Source: Pseudobdellovibrionaceae bacterium
Lineage (GTDB): Bacteria > Bdellovibrionota > Bdellovibrionia > Bdellovibrionales > Bdellovibrionaceae
DNA length: 64,000 nucleotides
Assembly (NCBI GenBank): GCA_039810425.1
Contig: JBDHWW010000002.1
Span: 32,001 to 96,000, forward strand
Reading direction: 5' to 3'
Shown here one piece after another: positions 30,925 to 41,366 of this stretch. A program made the translations under genes and the position numbers. Each line of letters opens with the position of its first letter. Position 1 is the first letter of the stretch. The notes beneath the pieces were generated by a model that made no database searches, was not told the origin of the DNA, and saw only the letters and a program-made list of their open reading frames with translations.

Positions 30925-31560
30925 TTACAAAGATTTAACCGCGTCGTACTTGATGGAAAGATACTGGGTTGCTCCCCCAGTATCTTTGGAAACAACGACT
31001 TCATATTGGTTATGGCTGAGCTGATAGACACGGTAGTTTCCGCCGAACTTCATCAGCGCTTTTTCGAGGTTCTCTCCATCGTTGAACGCAAGACTACGCT
31101 GATTCCAAACAGAAAGACTTTCTTTATCTGACAATACTTGGAACTGCCACAAGCTCTGACCGACTTTCTGAGTCTTCGTTGTGTCGATTAATGTTGGAGC
31201 AAACAGGGCGTACCGAAGGCTCTCTGTGCTCTTCGTGCTACCGCAGATGATTTTGGAATTTTCTTGTCCTCTGCCCGCCGCGAAAGACTGGTAAGAATGG
31301 GCTTTAAAGTTTGCATCGCTGTTTTTGGTCTCAACATAGTACTCAGCTTCGTGAGCCACGAGAACGAGCTGTGGGAGCTTCTCAAAACCGCCAATGAGCT
31401 CCGGGCGAACTTCGGTTATGAACTCCGGCCGGCCTTCGCAGTTCGGTGTCATCGAGAAATTGAGTTTCACTAACCCTGAAAAACCGTCTTTTCTTTCTGC
31501 TTGGGTGATTGTCGCAAACAAAACCGTAGTACCAAAAATGAGCATCAGAAATGATTTCAC
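30925..31560 (-). CDS. Secreted hypothetical protein
   Basis: GTG start with AGGAG RBS, signal peptide, two Cys. Confidence 0.6.
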   Translation of the reverse strand: MKSFLMLIFGTTVLFATITQAERKDGFSGLVKLNFSMTPNCEGRPEFITEVRPELIGGFEKLPQLVLVAHEAEYYVETKNSDANFKAHSYQSFAAGRGQENSKIICGSTKSTESLRYALFAPTLIDTTKTQKVGQSLWQFQVLSDKESLSVWNQRSLAFNDGENLEKALMKFGGNYRVYQLSHNQYEVVVSKDTGGATQYLSIKYDAVKSL

Positions 31561-31589
31561 GGTGGCTCTCCTTCGACAAATACTTATCG

Positions 31590-31605
31590 TGCAATCCGAA
31601 GGCCG
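31590..31605 (-). promoter_or_regulatory. Sigma-54 promoter candidate
   Basis: CGGCCTTCGGATTGCA (GG-N10-GC) 30 bp upstream of the 31560 start. Confidence 0.4.
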
Positions 31606-31754
31606 ACTAAAGATGAGAAGAACACGAATAGATTGAAAAATAAGTTATAGATTTTTTATTTAATGCGTAAAATGTGAACATGCGGATTATCTGGACGTTA
31701 TTTTCTAAAATTGACTGCTGTTATAGACCCTGGTCTAGATTGTTTCCGTCTCAT

Positions 31755-31781
31755 TTAAGTACATCGCTAATCGTCCGATAT
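31755..31781 (+). promoter_or_regulatory. Sigma-28 (FliA)-type promoter candidate for the SelO-like gene
   Basis: TTAAGTAC-N11-TCCGATAT. Confidence 0.45.
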
Positions 31782-31834
31782 AGGTATCGAACCCGGTTTC
31801 GGCTAAAGGTTCATCACAAAGGATTGATTTAGAG

Positions 31835-33697
31835 ATGCGGTTGAAGACGTCACCTACCAAAAAAAATCAAGAATCTGAGAATTTTTATGCAGCTTTTGGT
31901 AAGTTGAACGGCCAGCATCCCTGGATGGAACAGGTTCCTGAAGGATTCGTCGCCTACCGTGTCCGCCGCCTTAATACAGGCAAGGTCGCTTACTTTAATT
32001 TTGTCCTCGCAAAAGAAATGGGCCTTATCGACGCAGACCACCCGCATGAAATGACTGAGGATCTGGAGCAAAAGCTCGTTGAAACTTTCTCGATCCAAAT
32101 CATCAACGAATACGATGAACTGACTAAAAAAAGAATTCCGCCTGAAAGTATTCTGCCAAACAAATTCATGGCCACTCGCTACTTGCAGCTTCAACACAGC
32201 AACAAGCAAGGTAAGACGTCCGGCGACGGCCGCGGTATTTGGAACGGGACGGTTCAACATCGCGGATTGACTTGGGACGTTTCCAGCCGCGGTACCGGCG
32301 TCACGTGTCTTGCACCCGGAGCGGTTGAGGCAAACCGTCCGCTAAAAACCGGCGGTACTGAATTTGGCTATGGTTGCGGCCTTGCTGAGATTGATGAACT
32401 CCTCGGAGCGGCGATCCTCGCTGAGATCATGCATCTTCAAGGCATTAATACTGAGCGCGTTCTCTGCACCATCGACCTTGGTCGTGGTTATGGTATCGGT
32501 GTGCGTGCCGCCCCGAACTTGATCCGCCCGGCGCATCTGTTTCTATATCTAAAACAAGAACGTCATCCGGAGTTAAAAGCCGCGACAGACTATTTTATTC
32601 AACGTCAGGTTGCCAATAAAAAGTGGACGATGAAGTCAAAGCTGAGCACCCAGGCGGCTTATGATGAAATGACGGAGATCGTTGCGGATTCGTTTGCGAA
32701 ATTCACGGCGAAATTAGATATTGACTACGTTTTTGCATGGCTGGACTGGGACGGAGACAACGTCTTGGCTGATGCCGGCATCATCGACTATGGCAGCGTC
32801 CGTCAGTTTGGTATCCGCCATGACCGCTATCGTTATGATGACGTCGAAAGATTCTCGACAAACTTAAATGAACAGCGCAAGAAAGCCCGATTGATCGTCC
32901 AAGTGTTCTTACAGCTCTCTGATTTCTTGAAAACTCAGAAAAAGAAGTCATTGCGTTCGTTTACCAATCACCCAGTGGCATTGAAGTTTGATAAAATGTT
33001 TATCAAACACCGTGCAGAGCGCTTACTTTTCCGCATGGGCTTCAATCAAATCCAACGCGATAACATCCTAAAGAGCAAAACAGACTCTTTCACGCAGTTT
33101 GAAAAAGTCTTTAGTTTTCTTGAGCGCGCTAAGGTCAGCGGCGCGCAAATCAAAGTGGCCGATGGCGTAAATCATCCCGCTTTGTTTAACATGCGCAATA
33201 TCCTCGGCACCTTGCCGCAGTACTATTTGCAAAGCAAAGACTTCTCGAATGCCCACATGGGCGAAGAAGAGTTCTTTAAATCCATCCTCTCGGTTTTTGG
33301 TAAATCTAAAAATGCGAAGCTGGGCCAGAAGCAACGTTTCCATATTCAAAAATTCCAAGCTCTTTATAAAGACCTTGTTGTTTTGGCTGCCGGTAAAGGC
33401 CGTTCAGAGCACATCCTTCGCGGGATTTCTCGTCGTGCGCAGGTTCTGAACTCAGAACAGCGCATCACCGGCAATGCCTTGATCGAAATCGTTGAGGCTG
33501 TCTTGACCGAAAAGAAACGCGGTCTTTCCCATGACCAGATCCAGAAGGTTGTCGACCGCTTTATTCACGATCATTTAGATCTGCCCGAAGCCCCGATCAG
33601 CCGCCACCACAAGCATAAAACCGGTGTGCCAGCAGTGCGTCCGGATCTTTACTCCAAACTACTGACTTTGGTTGCCGACCATCGCGACGATATCTAA
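31835..33697 (+). CDS. Divergent SelO/YdiU-like kinase-fold protein
   Basis: SGDGRG, SRGTG.T (cf. KGAG.T), GI.TERVL, DN.....IIDYG matching the SelO motif order. Confidence 0.65.
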   Translation: MRLKTSPTKKNQESENFYAAFGKLNGQHPWMEQVPEGFVAYRVRRLNTGKVAYFNFVLAKEMGLIDADHPHEMTEDLEQKLVETFSIQIINEYDELTKKRIPPESILPNKFMATRYLQLQHSNKQGKTSGDGRGIWNGTVQHRGLTWDVSSRGTGVTCLAPGAVEANRPLKTGGTEFGYGCGLAEIDELLGAAILAEIMHLQGINTERVLCTIDLGRGYGIGVRAAPNLIRPAHLFLYLKQERHPELKAATDYFIQRQVANKKWTMKSKLSTQAAYDEMTEIVADSFAKFTAKLDIDYVFAWLDWDGDNVLADAGIIDYGSVRQFGIRHDRYRYDDVERFSTNLNEQRKKARLIVQVFLQLSDFLKTQKKKSLRSFTNHPVALKFDKMFIKHRAERLLFRMGFNQIQRDNILKSKTDSFTQFEKVFSFLERAKVSGAQIKVADGVNHPALFNMRNILGTLPQYYLQSKDFSNAHMGEEEFFKSILSVFGKSKNAKLGQKQRFHIQKFQALYKDLVVLAAGKGRSEHILRGISRRAQVLNSEQRITGNALIEIVEAVLTEKKRGLSHDQIQKVVDRFIHDHLDLPEAPISRHHKHKTGVPAVRPDLYSKLLTLVADHRDDI

Positions 33698-33706
33698 GAT
33701 ACTCTG

Positions 33707-34555
33707 ATGAGGTATCTATTTTGCCTACTCATAGCGCTGCCGGTGTTTTCTTTTGCGGAAGACGTCTCCCCTAATTTCGAAACCGAAGGTCCCGTGGCCG
33801 CGCCCGCAGAGGCTTCTGAAATCCCACAACCCGATTCACAGAAGTTTGTCGTCGGTTTGAAAACCGTCGACTTTAACTATAAAGAGCCGGACCTCATGTC
33901 TGATCGCGGATGGCTCAGTGGCTTGAATTTTCAGTATCATCGCAAGTTGAGCGAGACAAATACGTTGATCATTTCCGCAGACTACATTCAGGGATCTACG
34001 GTTTACAATGGCGCGCTTCAAACCAACACCGGCAATACAACCCCTTATTCATCGACTGAACAATTCCGTGTCATGAGTCTCGAAGCGGCTTTTAGCGCGT
34101 CGATTACGAACTCGCCTACATGGGGCATCCTCGTCGGTGTTGGCTATCGCAATACTTACGACAACAAAACCGGTCAATATGACTATCGCCGCGACATCAC
34201 TTACTACTACACTGTCCTGGGCCTGACCGCTCAACTGTACAACCAAGGACGGATCAAGGCCGTCGGAGTCGGCGAGCTGAACACTCTCTTGGGTGGTGGG
34301 GCGAAGACCTACCTGTCGGATGTGTCTTCGTCTTATAAAGATGTGAACTTCACCTTTAGAAGTGGGAGTGCAATAAAGATCGGCGTTGAGACCTCTATCA
34401 AAGATTTTATCGGCAAGGAAATCCTTGTGGATGTATCTTACAAGCACTGGACGGTGGCAGATTCTAATATCGAATACGTCGGCAATAGCAGCTATGCCCT
34501 GGAACCCCACAATACGACGGACCTCACTAGCCTCTCCATCGGCTACGTTTTCTAA
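33707..34555 (+). CDS. Putative outer-membrane beta-barrel protein
   Basis: Signal peptide, Y.EP..M, amphipathic strands, EP.N.T...SIGYVF terminal Phe. Confidence 0.7.
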   Translation: MRYLFCLLIALPVFSFAEDVSPNFETEGPVAAPAEASEIPQPDSQKFVVGLKTVDFNYKEPDLMSDRGWLSGLNFQYHRKLSETNTLIISADYIQGSTVYNGALQTNTGNTTPYSSTEQFRVMSLEAAFSASITNSPTWGILVGVGYRNTYDNKTGQYDYRRDITYYYTVLGLTAQLYNQGRIKAVGVGELNTLLGGGAKTYLSDVSSSYKDVNFTFRSGSAIKIGVETSIKDFIGKEILVDVSYKHWTVADSNIEYVGNSSYALEPHNTTDLTSLSIGYVF

Positions 34556-34583
34556 AGCTCCCGGGAGGGGTCGTTTTCAGACG

Positions 34584-34599
34584 TGGTCTGCCTCTTGCA
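34584..34599 (+). promoter_or_regulatory. Sigma-54 promoter candidate
   Basis: TGGTCTGCCTCTTGCA (GG-N10-GC) just upstream of ATG 34616. Confidence 0.4.
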
Positions 34600-34615
34600 G
34601 CCCTTCCTCGAAGCT

Positions 34616-36151
34616 ATGAACCACAGATGGGCTTTACCTACATTAGTGACCACTTTCTGCGTACTTACCCTCGGGATGCTCTACATGTCCCGAAAGCCGG
34701 TCTGTATTGATTCCAAAGTCGTTGAAAGAATTGACAGGGCTGGCGAATCCATTTTTCGCTGCAGCCTGAATAAACACGTGCCTTTTAGCACCTACTTTGA
34801 CGAACATTTACCTGCGATCGAAGGCCGAGTTCAGCAAGTGGAAAAGTTCGTGGATAACATCGCGCCTTACAAGAATTCCTACCGTCTGGTGATCTTGAAA
34901 AACAAACCGAACTACTTCTTGGTAACCAACAACATCATCTACATCGGCGAAACCTTGCTCGAAGCCCGTGGCCATATAGAAAAAGCTTTGCTCAAAACTT
35001 GGTACCGCGAAAACGCTCAGCATCTGTTTGCTTATGAGATTCTCTTTGAAGAGGTTTACACCGACTTCATGCTTTACCTCGCAAAAGGCAGCCTGAAAAT
35101 CGAAGATCCCTTCCGTGGCGCCCGCACGCGTATTGGAGGCTCACGTTGGCCTCAGGTTCTAAAATCGACTCAGGCGTATTGCCAATCGCCTTGGAAGAAC
35201 TCTGAGCACTATCGCTTCTGCGCGCAGATGCAGATGCAGGATTCCCCGCTTAAAGACCAAGTTGCCGAGCTGAGTCTCCGCCCATTACTCGTGTCGAGCT
35301 GGATTGAAGCCTACGACAGCCTTAGTTTCAAAGATCAATACCGACTGGTTCGCAACCTGAAGGAGCTTGTCACCGGCGACCACAGTCCGGATCTTCCGCT
35401 TGTGAAAACCGGCGGCTTCATTCCGCAGAGCGCGCCCCTGCTCGAAGCCTCTGAAGCGGTGAAGAACATCAGCAACTTTTTGATGAGTTCAAATTTAACG
35501 AAAACCTCTGAGGTTCAACGGGTGTTTGTGACTTTAGTGGCCAATAACCTCAGCCGTTATGGGTACAACGACGCTTTAGGCGGTATTAATTTCGACTTGT
35601 TGATTGTGAACGATACGAAGATCAATCCTTCATCCGAACAGTTCAAACACTTCCTAACGCTATCCCAGCAGAACCCGCGCACGAAGATCGCGTTGAAAGA
35701 CCCAGAAAACCTCTGGATGTTGCCATCGGCTTATCCAATCCACTGGCGCGCGATTGATTCTTTGCATGCCAACCGCCTGGTTTACAGCAAGTGTGGCAGC
35801 TACGATTTTAATTTTATATGGCAGTTCTCCCTGAACACAGAGAAGTTATTGATCTTGAATGTCTGCAAAGATCAGAAGGTCAACTTAGCCGGTTATATTA
35901 AAGAAGGTCCCGAAGCTTTCGGTGAACAGAATAAAAATATTCCGTTCATCCAATTCCATATCCCTTCTTTGTTGATGCGTAAGAATCAACTTGCGGGCGT
36001 CAACAATGTTTATGAGCTCGTCACCCGCCGTGAGATTGACAATCCGGTCTTCCAAAGCTTGGGCTGGCAAAAGCTCCAATGGAGTGAGCGCGCACAAGCT
36101 TATCAACCTAAGTCCTTCATTGAAGGCATCGAGTGGTTTAAGGTTCAATAA
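34616..36151 (+). CDS. Membrane-anchored hypothetical protein
   Basis: N-terminal TM, several Cys, long ORF with host-like codon use. Confidence 0.65.
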   Translation: MNHRWALPTLVTTFCVLTLGMLYMSRKPVCIDSKVVERIDRAGESIFRCSLNKHVPFSTYFDEHLPAIEGRVQQVEKFVDNIAPYKNSYRLVILKNKPNYFLVTNNIIYIGETLLEARGHIEKALLKTWYRENAQHLFAYEILFEEVYTDFMLYLAKGSLKIEDPFRGARTRIGGSRWPQVLKSTQAYCQSPWKNSEHYRFCAQMQMQDSPLKDQVAELSLRPLLVSSWIEAYDSLSFKDQYRLVRNLKELVTGDHSPDLPLVKTGGFIPQSAPLLEASEAVKNISNFLMSSNLTKTSEVQRVFVTLVANNLSRYGYNDALGGINFDLLIVNDTKINPSSEQFKHFLTLSQQNPRTKIALKDPENLWMLPSAYPIHWRAIDSLHANRLVYSKCGSYDFNFIWQFSLNTEKLLILNVCKDQKVNLAGYIKEGPEAFGEQNKNIPFIQFHIPSLLMRKNQLAGVNNVYELVTRREIDNPVFQSLGWQKLQWSERAQAYQPKSFIEGIEWFKVQ

Positions 36152-36167
36152 CTGCTGAGTTTTATAG

Positions 36168-37088
36168 TTAAACTTTTCCGAGGGGTTTTAAAAAACCTAC
36201 CTTACCCACTTTCGTGGAAAGAGTGTGCTGGATTTTTTCTGTAAGCCAGGGATAGATCGCAACCATCTTGTCTATATCAAGGCCTGTCTTCACTCCCATC
36301 CCATGGAACATATAAGCGACATCTTCCGTCGATACGTTGCCGGCCGCGCCGGGGGCATAAGGGCATCCGCCGAGTCCGCCCACGCTAGCATCAAACACTT
36401 TTACGCCCAACTCATAGGCTTCTAGAATATTCGCGAGTGCGGTCCCACGTGTATCATGGAAGTGCGCTGCGAGCATTTTCACGGGAATCGCTTTTTTGAG
36501 TTTCTTAAAGACGCTTTGGACTTGCGCAGGATTGGCGACACCGATGGTGTCACCGATGGAAATCTCGTAGCAGCCTAACTGATGCAGGCGTTTTGCAAGC
36601 TGCACGACTTTGGCTTCAGAAACTTTTCCTTCAAACGGACAACCAAAACAGGTGCTAAGATACCCACGGACTTTGATTTTATGCTTCTTTGCGAGCACCA
36701 TCACTGGCTTAAAACGCTCAAAGCTCTCATCGATCGTACAGTTGATATTTTTCTTCGAAAACGATTCACTGGCGGCGGCAAAGATCGCGACTTCTTTCAC
36801 GCCAGACTCGATCGCCATCATCATGCCCTTTTCATTCGGCACAAGCACAGAGAACTCGGTTCCCTTGGGCGTTTTCATTTGCATCGCGGCGGCCGTGACT
36901 TCCCTAGAGCCCGCCATTTGCGGAACCCATTGCGGAGAAACAAATGCGCCCACTTCAATTCGGCGGGCGCCGATATCTAAAAGGTGCTTTAGAAGCTCCA
37001 AACGCGCGTCTGTCGACAAAACGATTTTTTCGTTTTGCAATCCATCTCGCAGAGCCATTTCTACTATCGTGACTTTTTTCGCTGCCAT
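36168..37088 (-). CDS. liuE: Hydroxymethylglutaryl-CoA lyase
   Basis: RDGLQNE, FGCPFEG, GDTIG, HFHDTRG, GGLGGCPYAPGAAGN. Confidence 0.95.
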   Translation of the reverse strand: MAAKKVTIVEMALRDGLQNEKIVLSTDARLELLKHLLDIGARRIEVGAFVSPQWVPQMAGSREVTAAAMQMKTPKGTEFSVLVPNEKGMMMAIESGVKEVAIFAAASESFSKKNINCTIDESFERFKPVMVLAKKHKIKVRGYLSTCFGCPFEGKVSEAKVVQLAKRLHQLGCYEISIGDTIGVANPAQVQSVFKKLKKAIPVKMLAAHFHDTRGTALANILEAYELGVKVFDASVGGLGGCPYAPGAAGNVSTEDVAYMFHGMGVKTGLDIDKMVAIYPWLTEKIQHTLSTKVGKVGFLKPLGKV

Positions 37089-37095
37089 TTAAACC

Positions 37096-37473
37096 TTAAG
37101 CCTTTGCCGCTTCAATTTTCACGAGCAATTTACCAAGAACCACTTGGTCCCCGGCCCGGCATTCGATTTGCCCGATTTTACCGGCGATCTCGGCTTTTAA
37201 AGTATACTCCATCTTCATGGCTTCCATCACTAGCACCGCTTGGCCTTTCGTGATTTCCTGACCTGGATTCACCAAGATCTTGGTTACTTTCCCCGGCATT
37301 GGCGCCAAAACCGTTTCAGAAGAAGCACCCCCACCGGCTTTGTGGCGTTTACGTCCCGCGGGTTTCCCTTCGATAGCAAAAGTACGACCATTGAAGTGAA
37401 CCCAAAGAGTGTCTTTGATCAACTGGGCTTCGGCTTTAAGATCCGTGCCATTATGGCGAACTTTAATTTCCAT
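37096..37473 (-). CDS. Biotin carboxyl carrier protein (stand-alone part of methylcrotonyl-CoA carboxylase alpha)
   Basis: APMPG...EAMKME biotinylation motif; TAATG coupling at 37473. Confidence 0.92.
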   Translation of the reverse strand: MEIKVRHNGTDLKAEAQLIKDTLWVHFNGRTFAIEGKPAGRKRHKAGGGASSETVLAPMPGKVTKILVNPGQEITKGQAVLVMEAMKMEYTLKAEIAGKIGQIECRAGDQVVLGKLLVKIEAAKA

Positions 37474-38966
37474 TAGATACCTCTCCAGAAAGTCTGCCAT
37501 GGCGATTCAATAGTCAACGCATGCACATGGTGAGCGGAAGACGCCCCCACGCCGCGAAGCTGTTGCAGAGCTTTTTCAACAATCTTCTTATCGGCCTCAG
37601 AAAGTTGCGGCTGTGCAATGGGATCTTTAAAGTAATTTTCAATAAATCGTGTCGTCATTGTCCCATTAGCGAATTCGGCATGGTTGAGGATCTCAATCAA
37701 GTACGGAATATTCGTGTAAACACCAAAGACAACTGACTCTTTTAAAACACGAATCATTTTTTGGATCGCTCGCGAACGGTTTTCGTCCCAGACAATAACT
37801 TTCGCGATCATTGGGTCATAGAACGGAGTAATCTCATCACCTTCTTCAAAGCCGTATTCATAGCGACGGCCCGGGCCCTCTGGCCACTCGATTATACCAA
37901 GTTTGCCTGTACTGGGAACACCACCAAGATACGGGTTCTCAGCGTAAATACGGCATTCAATGGAGTGACCGTGTGGAACACGGATTTGTTGGGGATTGAA
38001 AACAAACTCGCCTTGAGCCGTCAAGATCTGAGCTTTTACAAGATCCACCCCCATGACCATTTCAGTCACTGGATGCTCTACCTGCAGACGCGTATTCACT
38101 TCCAGGAGATAGAACTTCCCCTCTTGAAGAAGAAACTCAACCGTGCCCGCACCCTTGTATTTACCAAGCTCTGCAATGGCACAAGCCGCCTCGCCCATTT
38201 GGCGGCGCAGCTCGTCCGTCAAGGAAGGTGAAGTGGCTTCTTCAATAATTTTCTGGTGACGACGCTGAACCGAACATTCCCGGTCAAAGTAGTGCATTAC
38301 TTTACCCGTTGAATCGCCAAAGATTTGGAATTCGATGTGTTTTGCGCGGTCCAAATATTTTTCGATGAATACTTTTGCTGAACCAAACGCCGACAAAGCT
38401 TCCCGCTGAGCGGATTCGATCTGTTCGCGGGCCTCTTTCACGTTTGTAATGAGCTTCATGCCACGGCCACCGCCGCCGGCCGCCGCTTTCACAATCACAG
38501 GGAAGCCAATATTTTCCGCTTCCGCCATCAAACGAGAGACCTCTTGTTGTTCACCTTCGTAGCCCGGCACCAAAGGAAGACCGGCTTTTTTTGCAAGCTC
38601 CTTACAATGGACTTTGTCGCCAAGCGCGCGAATGGCTTTTGCCGACGGACCAATAAATACGATGCCGGCTTTATCACAGGCTTCGGCAAAATCAGCGTTC
38701 TCAGATAGGAAACCAAAACCAGGGTGAACCGCTTCAGCACCGCCGGCAAGAACACCTTCGATATTGGCAGGAATATTCAAGTAACTTTTGGCAGTTTCCG
38801 CAGGGCCAATACAAACCGTCTTTGTCGCCATACGGAAAGCACGTGTGCCAATGTCGGCCTCAGAGTGCAAAAGAACCGTTTCGATCCCCATCTCTTCACA
38901 TGCTTTAATAATACGAACAGCCACTTCACCGCGATTGGCGATGGCAATGCGTTTGAACTTTTTCAT
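37473..38966 (-). CDS. liuD: Biotin carboxylase subunit of methylcrotonyl-CoA carboxylase
   Basis: IANRGEVA, HPGFGFLSEN, GGGGRGM, RECSVQRRHQK, EVNTRLQVEH; operon context. Confidence 0.9.
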   Translation of the reverse strand: MKKFKRIAIANRGEVAVRIIKACEEMGIETVLLHSEADIGTRAFRMATKTVCIGPAETAKSYLNIPANIEGVLAGGAEAVHPGFGFLSENADFAEACDKAGIVFIGPSAKAIRALGDKVHCKELAKKAGLPLVPGYEGEQQEVSRLMAEAENIGFPVIVKAAAGGGGRGMKLITNVKEAREQIESAQREALSAFGSAKVFIEKYLDRAKHIEFQIFGDSTGKVMHYFDRECSVQRRHQKIIEEATSPSLTDELRRQMGEAACAIAELGKYKGAGTVEFLLQEGKFYLLEVNTRLQVEHPVTEMVMGVDLVKAQILTAQGEFVFNPQQIRVPHGHSIECRIYAENPYLGGVPSTGKLGIIEWPEGPGRRYEYGFEEGDEITPFYDPMIAKVIVWDENRSRAIQKMIRVLKESVVFGVYTNIPYLIEILNHAEFANGTMTTRFIENYFKDPIAQPQLSEADKKIVEKALQQLRGVGASSAHHVHALTIESPWQTFWRGI

Positions 38967-39746
38967 TTAAGTATTTCTCCAACCAGGACTGCGTTTTTCG
39001 AGGAAGCTCTTAAGACCTTCCTGCCCTTCGCTACTGACACGGCGTTCAGCGATCAACTGGCTCGTACGCTTGCGTTGATCATCCCAAGAAAGGTTTGGAA
39101 TATCATTCAATAATTTTTTAGTCTCGCGAACCGCCTCGGGTCCACATTCTTTGTATGCTTTCAACACGTGCTCTAAACGAACCGCGAAGTCCGTGCTAGA
39201 AGCCACCTCATTCACTAGCCCCGCATCCGCTGCCTGAGAGGAGTTAAACACGGCGCCCGACATCATGAAATGACGAACCTTGCCCGCAGCCACTTTACGA
39301 TTGATGAAAGAGCTGATCACCGCCGGAGCGATTCCCAGCTTCACCTCGCTGAAGCAGAACTGTGATTGCGAATCCGCAATCACGTAGTCACAACAAGCGA
39401 CCAAACCCAAAGCACCGCCGAACGCCGCACCTTGAACCAGACCGATCACCGGCAAACCGCATTTTGCAATCGCTTCAAACATCGCAAACAGTTTTAAACT
39501 GTCTTCTTTGTTTTGCTCCAAGGTGTAGTTCACCATTTCACGCATCCAATTCAAATCCGCGCCGGCGCAGAACACTTTACCTTCGCCTTGTAAAACCACG
39601 GCCCGAAGATCCGCGCGAGTGTTCAAGCTCGCGAAGACTTTGGTGATATCCGCGATCATACTTGGATCAAAGGCATTACGGATATCCGGACGATTCAATT
39701 TAACGTGGGCTACTTGAGCCGTTTCTTTAACTTCAACAAATGACAT
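38967..39746 (-). CDS. liuC: Methylglutaconyl-CoA hydratase (crotonase family)
   Basis: LNRPDIRNAF, FCAGADL, GGALG, FSEVKLG; operon context. Confidence 0.88.
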   Translation of the reverse strand: MSFVEVKETAQVAHVKLNRPDIRNAFDPSMIADITKVFASLNTRADLRAVVLQGEGKVFCAGADLNWMREMVNYTLEQNKEDSLKLFAMFEAIAKCGLPVIGLVQGAAFGGALGLVACCDYVIADSQSQFCFSEVKLGIAPAVISSFINRKVAAGKVRHFMMSGAVFNSSQAADAGLVNEVASSTDFAVRLEHVLKAYKECGPEAVRETKKLLNDIPNLSWDDQRKRTSQLIAERRVSSEGQEGLKSFLEKRSPGWRNT

Positions 39747-39749
39747 GCA

Positions 39750-41357
39750 TTACATCCTGAAGACGCCCTGAACTTGCGGGCCCCATTCTTTGTTTAAGCT
39801 TGCCGCAAGACCGAGGGCCAAAACGCGGCGAGTATCCGCTGGATCGATTATGCCATCATCCCAGAGACGGGCTGAAGAATAGTAAGCAGAACTTTCGTGA
39901 TCGTATTTTTCCAAAGTCGGACGTTTGAATTCAGCTTGCTGTTCTGGAGTCATGGTCTGTCCCTTCGCGGCGATCTGATCCATCTTTACTGTCAGCAAAA
40001 CATTGGAAGCCTGCTCGCCCCCCATCACGCTGATACGGGCGTTCGGCCACATCCACAACTGGCGAGGCTGGAACGCGCGACCACACATTCCGTAGTTACC
40101 GGCGCCATAAGAGCCACCGATCACAACTGTGAACTTCGGAACACGCGCATTCGAGACGGCCATGACCATCTTTGCGCCATGCTTTGCAATCCCTTCGTTT
40201 TCATATTTCTGGCCAACCATGAAGCCCGTGATATTCTGCAAAAAGATCAAAGGCACTTCACGTTGTTCGCACAGCTCGATGAAGTGCGCCGCCTTCAAAG
40301 AACTTTCGCTGAACAACACGCCGTTGTTCGCGATGATTCCCACGGGCATTCCCCAGATGTGAGCCAAACCGGTTACTAAAGTTTTGCCGTACAAAGGTTT
40401 GAACTCATGGAACTTCGAACCATCCACGATCCGTGCAATCACTTCACGCACGTCATATGGTATACGCGAGTCTTTAGGGATCACGCCGTAAATTTCTTTG
40501 GCGTCATACAACGGCTCCACTACTGGCAAGGTTTTCATCGTCACCTCACGGCGATGATTCAGGTGCGCCACGATTGAGCGTGTGATTTCAATCGCGTGCT
40601 GATCGTCTTCCGCAAAGTGATCGGTCACGCCGCTGACTTCACAGTGAACTTTCGCGCCACCCAAAGTTTGCGCATCAACTACTTCACCGGTGGCCGCCTT
40701 CACCAAAGGAGGACCACCTAAGAAGATCGTCCCGTTATCTTTTACGATCACATTCTCATCACTCATCGCGGGAACATACGCCCCGCCCGCCGTGCAAGAA
40801 CCCATCACCACAGAGATCTGCGGAATGTTCTGAGCGCTCATGCGAGCTTGATTATAGAAAATCCTGCCGAAGTGGTCTCGGTCTGGGAAAACTTCCGCTT
40901 GCAGCGGCAAAAACGCGCCCCCAGAGTCAACCAGGTAAATACAAGGCAAACCGTTTTCCATCGCGATTTCTTGCGCGCGAAGGTGCTTCTTCACCGTCAT
41001 AGGGAAGTACGTACCACCCTTTACCGTCGCATCGTTTGCAACGATCACGCACTCCGTCCCGTGAATCACACCAATCCCCGTGATCACACCCGCTGCGGGA
41101 GCCGAATTTTCGTACATCTCCCAAGCTGCCAAAGTCGAGAACTCCAGAAACGCCGACCCAGGATCAAGCAAGGCTTCGATACGCTCGCGCGCTGTCAGCT
41201 TGCCGCGGGATTTGTGTTTTTTCATCGCCTCTTCGCCACCACCCAATTTCACTTGATCGAGGCGAGAACGCCATTGTCCCACAAATCCCATCATTGCTTC
41301 AGTATTCACTTTAAAGTCGGCGGAGTTACTATCAACAAGGCTTTCAATTACTTCCAC
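39750..41357 (-). CDS. liuB: Methylcrotonyl-CoA carboxylase beta (carboxyltransferase) subunit
   Basis: [49 protein letters not shown]. Confidence 0.95.
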   Translation of the reverse strand: MEVIESLVDSNSADFKVNTEAMMGFVGQWRSRLDQVKLGGGEEAMKKHKSRGKLTARERIEALLDPGSAFLEFSTLAAWEMYENSAPAAGVITGIGVIHGTECVIVANDATVKGGTYFPMTVKKHLRAQEIAMENGLPCIYLVDSGGAFLPLQAEVFPDRDHFGRIFYNQARMSAQNIPQISVVMGSCTAGGAYVPAMSDENVIVKDNGTIFLGGPPLVKAATGEVVDAQTLGGAKVHCEVSGVTDHFAEDDQHAIEITRSIVAHLNHRREVTMKTLPVVEPLYDAKEIYGVIPKDSRIPYDVREVIARIVDGSKFHEFKPLYGKTLVTGLAHIWGMPVGIIANNGVLFSESSLKAAHFIELCEQREVPLIFLQNITGFMVGQKYENEGIAKHGAKMVMAVSNARVPKFTVVIGGSYGAGNYGMCGRAFQPRQLWMWPNARISVMGGEQASNVLLTVKMDQIAAKGQTMTPEQQAEFKRPTLEKYDHESSAYYSSARLWDDGIIDPADTRRVLALGLAASLNKEWGPQVQGVFRM

Positions 41358-41366
41358 GAAAACTCC

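Noticed and set aside
37096..38966. Frameshift splitting methylcrotonyl-CoA carboxylase alpha
   Set aside because: Clean TAATG translational coupling, and split BC/BCCP subunits are known in such operons.
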